DNA of 64,000 nt from an uncultured bacterium (GCA_963749495.1 CAVVMW010000021.1:576001-640000), one strand, 5' to 3'; counted from the stretch's first letter, positions 10,401-18,636 are shown. Numbers and translations are program-made. Notes: a model not told the origin generated them from the letters alone.

Positions 10401-10673
10401 CCGGCATTGCTCGATGGCGTTGGTGCAGTCGCCGGCCAGCAAACAGGCGTTGGCCAGGTTCAGCCGGGCATCCAGGCTCTCAGGGGCGAGCTGCACCGCG
10501 TCCTGGTAAGCGGCCACGGCGTTTGTGGCATCGCCTCTTTCCAGATAGCCATTGCCCCGGGTCATCAGGCGCGCAAAGCCGTCTTCACCTCGCTTCGTCC
10601 TGAGGATGAAGAGGGCCAGCACAACCAGGCCTAGGGCGACGAGGCCCCAAATCAGGCGTTTGAGTGTTGTCAT
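7410..10673 (-). CDS. membrane-anchored TPR + FG-GAP/VCBS repeat + ASPIC/UnbV-like protein with conserved C-terminal domain
   Basis: N-terminal TM helix, about six TPRs, DxNxDG/DFDNDGD loops, GNRSNASALGVRLE, then SCPYLYAWDG...ELREVLYLD...GWDKDAD...YNTR. Confidence 0.85.
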   Translation of the reverse strand: MTTLKRLIWGLVALGLVVLALFILRTKRGEDGFARLMTRGNGYLERGDATNAVAAYQDAVQLAPESLDARLNLANACLLAGDCTNAIEQCRQALALDHQSGAVYYVMGCAHLRLNEAEEAVKAFQQSKQIDPAVTALDFQLGMAQARLGQVDDAIADFETVAKFEPEHPSVHYQLSRIFQRAGRAEDAAREMRIHQQALAKHPGGSGGLAAFERCKYTQPRSVLKLEQPERHGIPVRFSNATAGALDAPGNYHGPMAVLDLNHDGQNSLFVMEGEKGFRVLRNQNGRFDPLGNLLPGKPGANYRCCLAGDLNNDRYEDVIVLGELASHAFRFATNGRCREVTASCGLKELRARDGLLADLDFSGKLDLLAIAPDGSGLRLYQNLGSFFFKEATTNSGLPAVLAGAEHVAVEDWDNEDLPGVLVTRAGKPPMFFPKQRAGVFAPTNSPADWPAGSVLATGDLNNDLRADLVVAGERELKIIFGGIKGSLTLPLNGLQAKGILLVDYDNDGWLDVIAYGSGLRVWRNLGKAFQDVTAQLGLDKVGPVDALVAADFDNDGDTDLVLSSTNGLQFWRNDGGNANKQLKLQLAGNRSNASALGVRLEAAAGNWHTLRALQRLPLEIGVGRHGKLDTLKIRWFDLAVTMVDVPVQSGPMTVDELTAPSGSCPYLYAWDGWRFTFVTDILGGSPLGLPASKAHFIEADPEELLALGAEPQFPPRDGAYQVRITEELREVLYLDEASLVVVDHPAGTMVCPTSKMLPGKPFPPHELWTLRPLAALKEAVRSDGLDVTESLAKADRRMVSPTRLREPQLRGLAEPYSVTMDFGPLPVDRPLVLVLTGWLRFGGGMANIAASLDPSLPFPFPSLAVELPDGSWQKVDTDVGAPCGKTKTILVDLDRKLPPGARRLRLTTAFEIHWDMASLCERASAAENRQTVLRPARADLHWRGFSQFMPLPDYLPLTPDYEKVQPAPPWRRTPSGWCTRYGPVDELVQKRDDALVLLNGGDELALSFEAGKLPPKPDGFVRDFFLHVAGWDKDADFHVAQGWRVEPLPYGGMDGQAYDRLPQRAQSKGAWIEKYNTRWVGPMTLR

Positions 10674-10687
10674 AGGGCCAATAAGGT

Positions 10688-10791
10688 ATGTGCCGTCCGA
10701 TAGCAGACAAATATCCCGGCGCTACAGGTGAAATACGCCGGCACCCTACCATAATCGAGCTTCGAGGCAACGTAAAACGGTGAAGAGAAAC
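10688..10791 (-). promoter_or_regulatory. conserved ~100-bp promoter/5'UTR element, copy 1
   Basis: Close match to 17313..17417. On the minus strand it reads TTGCCT-N16-TAGGGT (TG extended -10), then hairpin CCGGCG-tatttcacctgtag-CGCCGG. Confidence 0.65.
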
Positions 10792-10934
10792 GCTCCAGTC
10801 GGCCCTCGGTGTCCTCTGGGTGCGGCGCTGCTTCAGAAACCACGGAAACCGTCTCGGCCCGGGCCGTCCTCGGGAATCCGCCATTCGCTCAGGAGCCGGT
10901 CCACTCGCAGCCGGCCATTCGTAGCTCACATTTC

Positions 10935-11313
10935 TTAGTACCCGAACCACGTGCAAGCGGGCCACGCGGGAGAAGGCACCGTCCCGGCTCACCAACCGGT
11001 GTCCCCAGACGCGGGCCGTGCCGGCAATCCAACTGTCATTCTCGCCCAGCCTGGCGCCGGCACCAGCCAATTCGCGCTGAATCCGGCTGGCCTCCCATGC
11101 GACCTGCTGCGGGAGCGCAAGAACCCGCACCCCGCACAGGAATCGGCGCAACCCCTCGTACGCAGGGAAGCCCTCGGCCAATTCGCCCCAGGTCACAATC
11201 GAAATGTACAGCTCCGACGCGCGGTTTCGCGCGATAAAGTCGCTCGCCGGTCCACGCTCTCCTGCGCGCCGCTCCTGCAGCAGGTCCACCCAAAAGGTCG
11301 TATCAGTCAGCAC
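10935..11313 (-). CDS. vapC: PIN-domain toxin VapC (apparent +1 frameshift at ~10942 hides the stop)
   Basis: LTDTTFWVDL, ISIVTWGEL, LGENDSWIAGTA, LVSRDGAFSRV. Removing one G from GGG gives the typical ...HVVRY* end at 10935. Confidence 0.85.
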
Positions 11314-11533
11314 AGTTGGCCTTCTGTTTTCGCCGCCTCACCTTCTCCAGGGCATCATAATCGACGTTCACCGGACCGTCCAGGTCGGCCAGGTGCCTTT
11401 CCAGGTCGCCAAACGTACGAATGGGGCGCGGCACAAAGCGCAGGATGACCTGGCTAAGGCTGTCTTGCTTGCCCTGTTTTTGGGCCATCAAGGCCGCGTA
11501 GGCCTCCTCGCTGAGTGTCGCGGGCTTGCTCAT
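11303..11533 (-). CDS. vapB: VapB-family antitoxin
   Basis: MSKPATLSEEAYAALMAQK.GKQDSLSQVILR matches the T.S.EAY..L..K....SFS.VI.R antitoxin pattern; overlaps the vapC start. Confidence 0.75.
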   Translation of the reverse strand: MSKPATLSEEAYAALMAQKQGKQDSLSQVILRFVPRPIRTFGDLERHLADLDGPVNVDYDALEKVRRRKQKANCAD

Positions 11534-11805
11534 ATATATCGAATATACAGCCCCGCGATCTCGTAGCAAAGCCCAAACCGGGGATGTCGTTGTCCCTGTA
11601 GGACGCCTCCTTTCATGATGGTACGTCCAGCGCGGCAGGGTTTTTGGCAAAAATGAGCGCCTGGATGCGGACCGGCGCCACCGCCTCTGTCCCGCCGCTC
11701 GCGCAGTTGCGGGCTCAAATGCCACACACCTTCCCGGATGGTCAGCCTGAAGCCCTTGCGTGAATCGTCCTAGAGAGATCCACCTCAGAAGCCGGGGTGG
11801 AATAA

Positions 11806-11967
11806 GCCGCGAAAAAGCGCAAAAGACGCAAAAAGGGAAAGAATTGCCCCGATGAGGCCGCCAGGGCGGCTGGCCGCGCCTGCCGGGCTCAGCGCGTACT
11901 TCCTGATCTCGAACTAATGTCTTGCATAGCTGATTCCTTTTTTGCGTCTTTTGCGCTTTTTCGCGGC
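11806..11967. repeat. long inverted repeat (GCCGCGAAAAAGCGCAAAAGACGCAAAAA ... TTTTTGCGTCTTTTGCGCTTTTTCGCGGC)
   Basis: Perfect arms of about 29 bp around a ~100-bp spacer. Confidence 0.8.
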
Positions 11968-12025
11968 AGAATTCCGTCTGTGCCCTTAGATGGCACAGGT
12001 CTTCATTATGCTGGCGCGTGGTTCA

Positions 12026-12508
12026 ATGCAAGTTTATCGCGCCAGAAATCCGAAAAAGTCGCCGCTCGGGCATTCTGCGCACCGCCATTATGAGGAGTTC
12101 ACGGAGATTTACGCGGAGGCTGGTACAGCAACAAGATGCGTGGCGTCCGCCACCGAGGGCTGCCGCCGGAACTGGCCCCCCACCGGCCAGGCGCCTCCCC
12201 GCCGCCGCCCCTCAGGCTCCCGTCAAAGAAATGGCGCGACCTGACTTGTCCCGCCGTAGCTCCAGCGAAGGCGGATCCGGCGCGTCTGGCATGTTGATGC
12301 CCTCCCCTGTCACGTCTGCCAAAACCCGATGCGCGTCATCGCGGTGATTGACAACGCGCGCGTGGTCGAGAAGATCCTTCGCCGCCTCCCCGCCTGGCGC
12401 GATCCGACCGCCGGCCCCTCCCCACCCGGCGCTCCACGGCCTTATACCTAGGAACCCTGTGACGACGTGGATTCGCCCCCCGATTACGAAAACGTGCTCA
12501 CGGATTGA
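12026..12508 (+). pseudogene. internally deleted IS91-family (Y2 HUH) transposase remnant
   Basis: The N-terminus MQVYRARNPKKSPL..SAHRHYEEF is fused at ~12120 to WYSNKMRG (catalytic-Tyr region). It continues KWRDL, RVWHVDAL-CHVCQNPMRVIAVIDN.RVVEKILR and ...YENVLTD*, with an internal stop and a hairpin insertion. Confidence 0.7.
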
Positions 12509-12879
12509 GAATCGTCCTTTGGAAGGCCGGCTTGAGGGCGGGCCTTTACTCGGCGGCGGCCTCTTCCCGCCCAGGCGGGCCCAGCCCCGGCCTCGAGGCC
12601 GCGCAACTGTCAGCCGCTGAGCCGGTCCTCTCAGCCGCAAACACGCGCCAGCGCCCGCGTGCTGCGCCGAAACCGCTAAAAAACCGGCAACATTTGCGGT
12701 TGACAACCTCGTCCCGCTGTGGCTGCATCGAAAGAAAATGAGCCGGAAATCGGGGTCATATCTATACATTTTTACAATTCGTTCTGGAGACGCATGATCT
12801 CCTGGCGCATCTCGGGGTGCCGCTCCAGCCGTTTCCCAAAGCGCAAAAGGGGTCAACCCATAACATGGTGCGTTTTTGT

Positions 12880-13125
12880 TCATAATCCGAGGCGGCCTCG
12901 GGCTGGCGCCGCAGGCACAGTCGGTCTCATTGCCGCGTGAAAGCGGATGTTCGCGCTTTTGGACGTGCCCAAATGGAGGCGTCCGGCGATCACTTTGATC
13001 GACAGCGTCGTCTCCCGCCGGAGGCGCGCCGCCATACCGGGCTTGGTCGCATCGCTCTTGCGACGTGAAACCAAGCCGGCCTCCTTCCAACCCAGCCAGC
13101 CCAACTCTTCGGCGATGATGCGTTG
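12880..13125 (-). pseudogene. C-terminal HTH fragment of a REP-associated tyrosine (Y1) transposase, copy 1
   Basis: LGWKEAGLVSRRKSDATKPGMAARLRRETTLSIKVIAGRLHLGTSKSAN; adjacent GGGGTCA motifs typical of RAYT flanks. Confidence 0.55.
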
Positions 13126-13510
13126 TCATTCGGGCCTTTCTCGCCCATGCAATTGAAGAGTGGTGCAACGTCGCTCCTGGGCAACTGAACGGGTGCGACC
13201 CGCCCTCACAGCCAAATCCACCCAGCCACGAAGATTGCACCAAGTCCGCACGTGCTGGACGAGAACCTGAACGTGCGGCGTCGGGGGATGGCGGGTTGCG
13301 AGCTTGCCACATCCCCTCTGGGGGATTACGTTTTCCGTGATATGTCAGTCGCCGCGAACATTGTTCTTGAGGCCCGGAAATCGGGGTCATATCTATACAT
13401 TTTTACAATTCGTTCTGGAGACGCATGATCTCCTGGCGCATCTCGGGGTGCCGCTCCAGCCGTTTCCCAAAGCGCAAAAGGGGTCAACCCATAACATGGT
13501 GCGTTTTTGT

Positions 13511-13756
13511 TCATAATCCGAGGCGGCCTCGGGCTGGCGCCGCAGGCACAGTCGGTCTCATTGCTGCGTGCAAGCGGATGTTCGCGCTTTTGGACGTGCC
13601 CAAATGGAGGCGTGCGGCGATCACTTTGATCGACAGCGTCGTCTCCCGCCGGAGGCGCGCCGCCATACCGGGCTTGGTCGCATCGCTCTTGCAACGTGAA
13701 ACCAAGCCGGCCTCCTTCCAACCCAGCCGGCCCAACTCTTCGGCGATGATGCGTTG
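13511..13756 (-). pseudogene. C-terminal HTH fragment of a REP-associated tyrosine transposase, copy 2
   Basis: Duplicate of the previous fragment inside the 631-bp repeat. Confidence 0.55.
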
Positions 13757-13934
13757 TCATTCGGGCCTTTCTCGCCCATGCAATTGAAGAGTGGTGCAAC
13801 GTCGCTCCTGGGCAACTGAACGGGTGCGACCCGCCCTCACAGCCAAATCCACCCAGCCACGAAGATTGCACCAAGTCCGCACGTGCTGGACGAGAACCTG
13901 AACGTGCGGCGTCGGGGGATGGCGGGTTGCGAGC

Positions 13935-13963
13935 TTGCCACATCCCCTCTGGGGGATTACGTT
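13935..13963 (+). promoter_or_regulatory. sigma70-type promoter giving a near-leaderless transcript
   Basis: TTGCCA-N17-TACGTT, 9 nt upstream of the ATG at 13973; duplicated at 13304..13332. Confidence 0.5.
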
Positions 13964-13972
13964 TTCCGTGAT

Positions 13973-14260
13973 ATGTCAGTCGCCGCGAACATTGTTCTTG
14001 AGGGCTGGCTCAAACCCGATGGCACCTTGGAGCTTCGGAGCCGCCCAGCGTTGCCTCCGGGGCGTGTGCGTGTAACGCTGGAGGCCATCCAGGATCACCC
14101 GGTCCTGTCGGAGCGGTTGCCAGACCCTTCGTGGCCCGAAGAGAGCGTTCCAGCGCCGCTCGACCTCCCGCCGCCGCTCCGGGTGAAAGGTGTCCAAGCA
14201 CGCGAGGTGGCCGAGCGCCTTCCTGACCCGCTCCAGCGGAGCGACGAGGCAAGCCCATGA
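13973..14260 (+). CDS. small hypothetical protein, putative antitoxin
   Basis: MSVAANIVLEGWLKPDGTLEL..RPALPPGRVRVTLE, a swapped-hairpin-like N-terminus with a Pro-rich tail; ATGA overlap with the next gene. Confidence 0.6.
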   Translation: MSVAANIVLEGWLKPDGTLELRSRPALPPGRVRVTLEAIQDHPVLSERLPDPSWPEESVPAPLDLPPPLRVKGVQAREVAERLPDPLQRSDEASP

Positions 14261-14763
14261 TCTATGAGCAATTGGCGCCGCACGAGGCGCTTTCCCAAGG
14301 GGACATCATTGACGAGTGCCCCATCCTCTTCTGGGAAGAATCCTCGCCAGACGTGGAAGGCCAGCTCCAATCTGTCACCGCGAACGTCCGGGTGGTGGTC
14401 CTGACTCAAGCGTGCGATCTGGCCCAGAAGAAAGCCACCCGGTCTCTGGTGGCGGTGGTTCATGACGCCCAGCGGCTGGTGGATAGAGGAATTCTCAAAT
14501 CCGCCTTGGTCCGCGACCAGATTAGAAGTCATCGTGTTTATGGTTGGTACTTTCTGCCCGCGGGGACCGCACTCGCGGAATCGGTCGTCGATCTGCGAGA
14601 CCTCCACACGATTCCGCGTCATTTGCTGGAGCGACTCGCTCAGGAAGGCAAGCGCGTCTGCCGAATCGCCACGCCCTACCGGGAACACTTGGCCCAGCAT
14701 TTCGCCACGACCTACTCGCGCATCGGTCTGCCGCTGCCGTACGACACGCGAGCCGATTCCTGA
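14257..14763 (+). CDS. hypothetical protein, distant PemK/MazF-like putative toxin
   Basis: LSQGDII ... VVVLTQACDL ... FLP ... VVDLRDLHTIP ... PYREHLAQHFATTYSRIGLP. Confidence 0.6.
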   Translation: MIYEQLAPHEALSQGDIIDECPILFWEESSPDVEGQLQSVTANVRVVVLTQACDLAQKKATRSLVAVVHDAQRLVDRGILKSALVRDQIRSHRVYGWYFLPAGTALAESVVDLRDLHTIPRHLLERLAQEGKRVCRIATPYREHLAQHFATTYSRIGLPLPYDTRADS

Positions 14764-14850
14764 CGCGGGGTGGCGAAGCTGCGCGCGCTCAGCCAGCCAC
14801 GGTATCCCTTGCTTCGCCACCCGCGCAGCGTCAATAACCGGCGGCGCGGC

Positions 14851-14869
14851 AAAAAGGCAGTTTCCTATC
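14851..14869 (+). mobile_element. IS91/ISCR oriIS-like terminus
   Basis: AAAAAGGCAGTTTCCTATC resembles the ...TTTCCTAT oriIS end; preceded by a GC-rich hairpin (~14765..14825). Confidence 0.4.
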
Positions 14870-14871
14870 GG

Positions 14872-17268
14872 TTATTGGCTCCCGGGCGAGCCAATGGCCC
14901 GGGCCAGGGCGCGTTGGGCTTGCTGGGAGTTTGGCTCCAGGCGAAGAGTTTCGCGGAATTCCGAAATGGCCTGGTCGCGGTGCCCGAGCGCCAGGTAGAT
15001 GTTCGCCAGGTTCAAGTGAGCCTGCCAGTTGTTCGCGTCGGCTTGAACGGCCCTTTGAAAGCAAGCGAGCGCCTCCTCCGGGCGGTTCTGCCGTTGCCGG
15101 ATAATGCCCAGGCAATTATGAGCGCCGGCGAAATTGGGCCGGAGCTGGACGGCTTCCGTGAACCGCGCCTCGGCCTCAGCCAAGAGCCCGGCACGGAGGA
15201 GCAGGGAGCCATAGTTGTAATGCAGATCGGCGTCGTTGGGGTCCAAGCGCAACGCCTCCACGTAATGGCTCTGGGCATTGGTGAAGTTGCCGAGCTGGAG
15301 GTAGGCCCGCGCCAACTGAAGGTGCAAGGCCTCGGACAGAGGCTCCTTCCGGTCTCCGGCTCGGATGGCCGGAGCGTCGCCGCTGGTCATGCATCGCGCC
15401 GCTTCCTCCAGGTGAATGATGGCGTCCGGCGTCTTGCCTTCTTCCAGAAGACCCCGCCCCAGATGAAACTGGGCGACAGGGTTCTTCGGGTCCAATCGGG
15501 CGCCCTTCTCCAGATGTTCCATGGCTTCCCCGGCATGTCCCGACTGGAACAGCAAGAGACCGAGTTGCTGGTGTGCCCTGATGTTCTCGGAATTCCGCGC
15601 AAGCGCGAGGCGGTACTTCTCCATGGCGTGATCGGGTTCACCAGCCCGGTAAAACTCGTCTCCTGCACGGACATAGGAGTAGTCATCGACAAAGTGCTCG
15701 TTGATCCGGGTGATGGCGTCTGGCCGGAGCGGAACGAACTCCGGGATATTCGCGGCGCGGCGCGGCGCAACCAGGTGCGCCAGCCAGACCGGCGGGCTGG
15801 CCTCACCCGCCTGGCTGATGCGTGTCAGGTAAAGCTGAGTGTAATCGGAATGGGTCTTCGAGGAGAAGACGAGCCACCGGCCGTCGGACGACCAACTATG
15901 CCATGAATTCATGCGGCTCAGGTTGCAGCCCAGGCGCCGCGCTTCCCCGCCCTCGGCCGGAATGATGAACAGTTGGCTGTCAGGCTGGAGCAGCATGTAG
16001 TTGGCGGCTTGACAGAAGATGATCCAGCGGCCGTCAGGCGAGTACTTGGGAAAATAGTTGCTGCGGCCGTTGCCCGACGCGCCGCGCAAAGGCTCAGCCT
16101 TGCCTCCTTTCCCGCCATTGAAGGGCATACGATACAGATCGTAACGGTAGTCGCGGGTTTGCCTGAGAAACTCTTCCCCCTCGGCGCCCTCCAACAGCAC
16201 GCGCCCGGAACCGCGGGCCCCCTTCACCTCGACTGCCCGGCTGCGGGCGAACACGAGCCATCGCCCATCCGGGCTCCAGGCGGGGTTACTCTGCACATAG
16301 GCCGGATCGTCCGCCCCCGGCAGGGAGAAGAATCCCTTCGACTCTCGATCATACACCCCAAGAATTCCCATAAAAGGGAAAAAAAGCTGCGAGAAGGCAA
16401 GGTCCGGTTTCGCCATGAAAATGGAGAGGTCCTTGACCGTGCTCACCGCATACCGGCCATCGGGCGAGACCTGCGAGAGCAGACCCAGGGTCAGGTGCCC
16501 GTCCTCGGGGCGGAAATCGTTCCAGGTGATGATGTCACTGGTCGCCAATTGCATTTCCGGCGCAGTCCGCGTAATGACATACGAGCCTTTGTCATTGGCA
16601 TAATCCACGTCCATACCCAGGACCTTCCCGTCCCGGTTGAAGGAGTGGCAGTTGCCACACACCGGCAGATGTTCCAGAACCACCGGAGGAATGGTCCCCT
16701 TGTCCAAACCGCCAAAGCGCCAGCGGATTTGCGATGGGTCTTTGACCGCTTCCTTGAACGGGAGAATGACCTCACGGTAGAAGAGGGCATCCTGAACCGG
16801 CTCCCTGGCCACGGAGACGCGCACGGAGGAATGGACTTTGACTTTGTTCCGGCTCCCTGCTTCGTACCCGGTTATCCCGACTTCCATCACCCCGCCGGGC
16901 GCGGCCTCTTTGATCAAACGCCAATCTGACTCGGCTGGCCGCCACATCGGCGCGACGCCATCGAAGGACCATTTCTTTCGCCCCGCTTTAAAGACCGCGG
17001 CCCACCGCCCAACGCCAGGCATGTTGGTCCTCCAGAGCAGCACAGGGGCCGGCATGTTCAAAGGCATGATCGCTCCTGCAATAGGATGTTGAATCTCGAC
17101 AGCCTCGATGGGACCCGATCCAGGAAGCGATGGCCAGAAACCCAGGAGGACCCCGCAAAAGTAGAGTGCCGCGGCGCCGCCGGCCCACAAGGCAACAGCG
17201 CGCCACAGGCGGGTCCTCTTCTTTGCCCTGGCCACACGCGGGGGGACGCCGTGTGAAGATGGTTTCAT
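14872..17268 (-). CDS. membrane-anchored PD40/TolB-like propeller + TPR protein with CxxCH motif
   Basis: N-terminal TM, LPVCGNCHSF, repeats VSPDGRY / WSPDGRW / YSPDGRW / WSSDGRW, and a C-terminal TPR array. Confidence 0.85.
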   Translation of the reverse strand: MKPSSHGVPPRVARAKKRTRLWRAVALWAGGAAALYFCGVLLGFWPSLPGSGPIEAVEIQHPIAGAIMPLNMPAPVLLWRTNMPGVGRWAAVFKAGRKKWSFDGVAPMWRPAESDWRLIKEAAPGGVMEVGITGYEAGSRNKVKVHSSVRVSVAREPVQDALFYREVILPFKEAVKDPSQIRWRFGGLDKGTIPPVVLEHLPVCGNCHSFNRDGKVLGMDVDYANDKGSYVITRTAPEMQLATSDIITWNDFRPEDGHLTLGLLSQVSPDGRYAVSTVKDLSIFMAKPDLAFSQLFFPFMGILGVYDRESKGFFSLPGADDPAYVQSNPAWSPDGRWLVFARSRAVEVKGARGSGRVLLEGAEGEEFLRQTRDYRYDLYRMPFNGGKGGKAEPLRGASGNGRSNYFPKYSPDGRWIIFCQAANYMLLQPDSQLFIIPAEGGEARRLGCNLSRMNSWHSWSSDGRWLVFSSKTHSDYTQLYLTRISQAGEASPPVWLAHLVAPRRAANIPEFVPLRPDAITRINEHFVDDYSYVRAGDEFYRAGEPDHAMEKYRLALARNSENIRAHQQLGLLLFQSGHAGEAMEHLEKGARLDPKNPVAQFHLGRGLLEEGKTPDAIIHLEEAARCMTSGDAPAIRAGDRKEPLSEALHLQLARAYLQLGNFTNAQSHYVEALRLDPNDADLHYNYGSLLLRAGLLAEAEARFTEAVQLRPNFAGAHNCLGIIRQRQNRPEEALACFQRAVQADANNWQAHLNLANIYLALGHRDQAISEFRETLRLEPNSQQAQRALARAIGSPGSQ

Positions 17269-17312
17269 TGCGGCCTGGGGCCTGAGAAGGTTTTTCTCAT
17301 AAGTCTGAGAGC

Positions 17313-17417
17313 ATGTGCCGTTCGATCGCCGGCAAATAACCCGGCGCTTCAGGTGAAATACGCCGGCACTCTAGCACGATCGAGCTTCCAGGCAACGTCA
17401 AAACGGTGAACGGGAAC
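17313..17417 (-). promoter_or_regulatory. conserved ~100-bp promoter/5'UTR element, copy 2
   Basis: Minus strand TTGCCT-N16-TAGAGT (TG extended -10), then CCGGCG-tatttcacctgaag-CGCCGG; homologous to 10688..10791. Confidence 0.65.
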
Positions 17418-17426
17418 ATTTAGGGC

Positions 17427-17521
17427 AGGGCCGTTGACAAAGTTGTAGCGCAGGTTTCCAAACCTGCGCTACGCTGGCGCCGTTGGCGCCCAAGCGCTTG
17501 AAGCGACTTTGTCAATGGCCC
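17427..17521. mobile_element. MITE-like element, short (internally deleted) copy
   Basis: TIR AGGGCCGTTGACAAAGT / ACTTTGTCAATGGCCC enclosing GTAGCGCAGGTTTCCAAACCTGCGCTAC; longer copy at 41541..41743. Confidence 0.65.
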
Positions 17522-17574
17522 CGAACATTTAGGGATGCACGACCGATTTCTTTGAGCAGGATCGCAACGGGCTG

Positions 17575-17670
17575 CCAGGACGCCGAAGGCGTCATTCATA
17601 CCAGCCCAGGGCAACGCCCTGAGAACAGCCGCCAATAATCATCTGGAGCGCTGAAAGCGCGATTCATCCT
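17575..17670. repeat. REP-like half element (CCAGCCCAGGGCAACGCCCTG family)
   Basis: GACGCCGAAGGCGTC, CCAGCCCAGGGCAACGCCCTG and GCGCTGAAAGCGC hairpins; related to the 34.1-35.9 kb repeats. Confidence 0.5.
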
Positions 17671-17727
17671 TGGTCCTGCCCTGTGCCACTTGGCTGAGAA
17701 TTGCGGCATAAGGGAACCTATTCTTGA

Positions 17728-17919
17728 CGGTAGCCGTGGACTTCCAGTCCACGGACCCATGGACCAAACCCACCTGCGTCGCGTAGCGACGCTTGAGCAC
17801 AGGATTCGATTTGGCCGGCGCCGGGCCCTCAGGCGTCGCTACGCGACGCGCGGCCATTCCGACGCCCCAAACCGTGGACCGAGGTCCACGGCTACCTTCA
17901 CCGCGTCGCTACGCGACGC
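17728..17919. repeat. complete REPIN-like element of the 515..1038 family
   Basis: GGTAGCCGTGGACTTCCAGTCCACGG ... CCGTGGACCGAGGTCCACGGCTACC. Confidence 0.8.
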
Positions 17920-18061
17920 AGGAGCTACGCTAGTGACTCGGAGGAGACGGCCGGGAGGTGGAAGATGGGGTCACGGGATGAAGGCGCCACACCTATTCAT
18001 CTCGTCCCGACGAGGCATAGCCACCTTCTGGCCCGTATTTGAAAACAAGCGGCAGGAGTTG

Positions 18062-18420
18062 TCAATAATAATGCACGGTCAAGGTCCGGGCGCCTTTGGG
18101 GACGGGGGTGAGGGTGGTCTTGCCGCCCGGCCAGCGGACCCACACGGCGGAGGGCGGCTCGGGGGTGGCCATCACTTGCACGGCGCTGTCCTGCGACCCA
18201 CACCCTCCGCCCCCATGCACCTCCCGCGCCGGCCCCCACTGGCCCTGCCGCCCCGACCGCACCACCGCTCCAATGCCGTTGCCATTGGCCCCGCTGCCCG
18301 CCAACCCCACTCGCAACCCGGGCCGGCGCCTTACGTTCCGATCCAGCTTGGTTTGCGCCCCGGTGTGGCTCACTACCAGGTCCACTCGCCCGTCCCCGTC
18401 AAAGTCCCCGGCCGCCACCC
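18062..18420 (-). pseudogene. C-terminal ASPIC/UnbV relic of a CRTAC1-like gene
   Basis: GDFDGDGRVDLVVS...PAREVHGG...SQDSAVQVMATPEPPSAVWVRWPGGKTTLTPVPKGAR; no 5' part. Confidence 0.8.
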
Positions 18421-18477
18421 CGTTCACCAGGCCCGCTTGGCGCAGCACCGCGCTGGCCGGCTCGTCTTTGAGCCATT

Positions 18478-18636
18478 TTGTTCTTCAAAACCCAGCAGGG
18501 CGCTCAGGTGGGTGACCTCTTCGTGAGCCTCATCCACACGTGCCGCCTCAATGGAGCGGACCCGTTCGACTACCTTACCACCCTGCACCGAAACAGCCGC
18601 CAGGTTCGGGAGCACTCGCAGCAATGGCTCCCGTGA
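18478..18636 (+). pseudogene. IS66-family transposase C-terminal fragment
   Basis: Hand translation (not in ORF track): LFFKTQQGAQVGDLFVSLIHTCRLNGADPFDYLTTLHRN...QWLP*. Confidence 0.75.

Larger units (their letters stand above)
12743..14003. repeat. 631-bp tandem direct duplication (12743..13372 / 13374..14003)
   Basis: Both ends are offset by exactly 631 nt; only about five substitutions seen. Confidence 0.9.

Noticed and set aside
10585..10934. C-terminal extension of VapC to 242 aa
   Set aside because: It is low-complexity read-through that overlaps the next gene's promoter; a single extra G explains it.
12212..13943. ORFs 12212..13390 and 13326..13943 as genes
   Set aside because: They run across IS debris and the tandem duplication with Arg/Pro/Gly-rich composition.
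14765..14825. integron attC site
   Set aside because: It is an imperfect hairpin without RYYYAAC/GTTRRRY ends, and there is no integrase or cassette array.
18062..18420. DGR template/variable repeat pair with 26391..26730
   Set aside because: The differences are not adenine-specific and there is no reverse transcriptase in the window.
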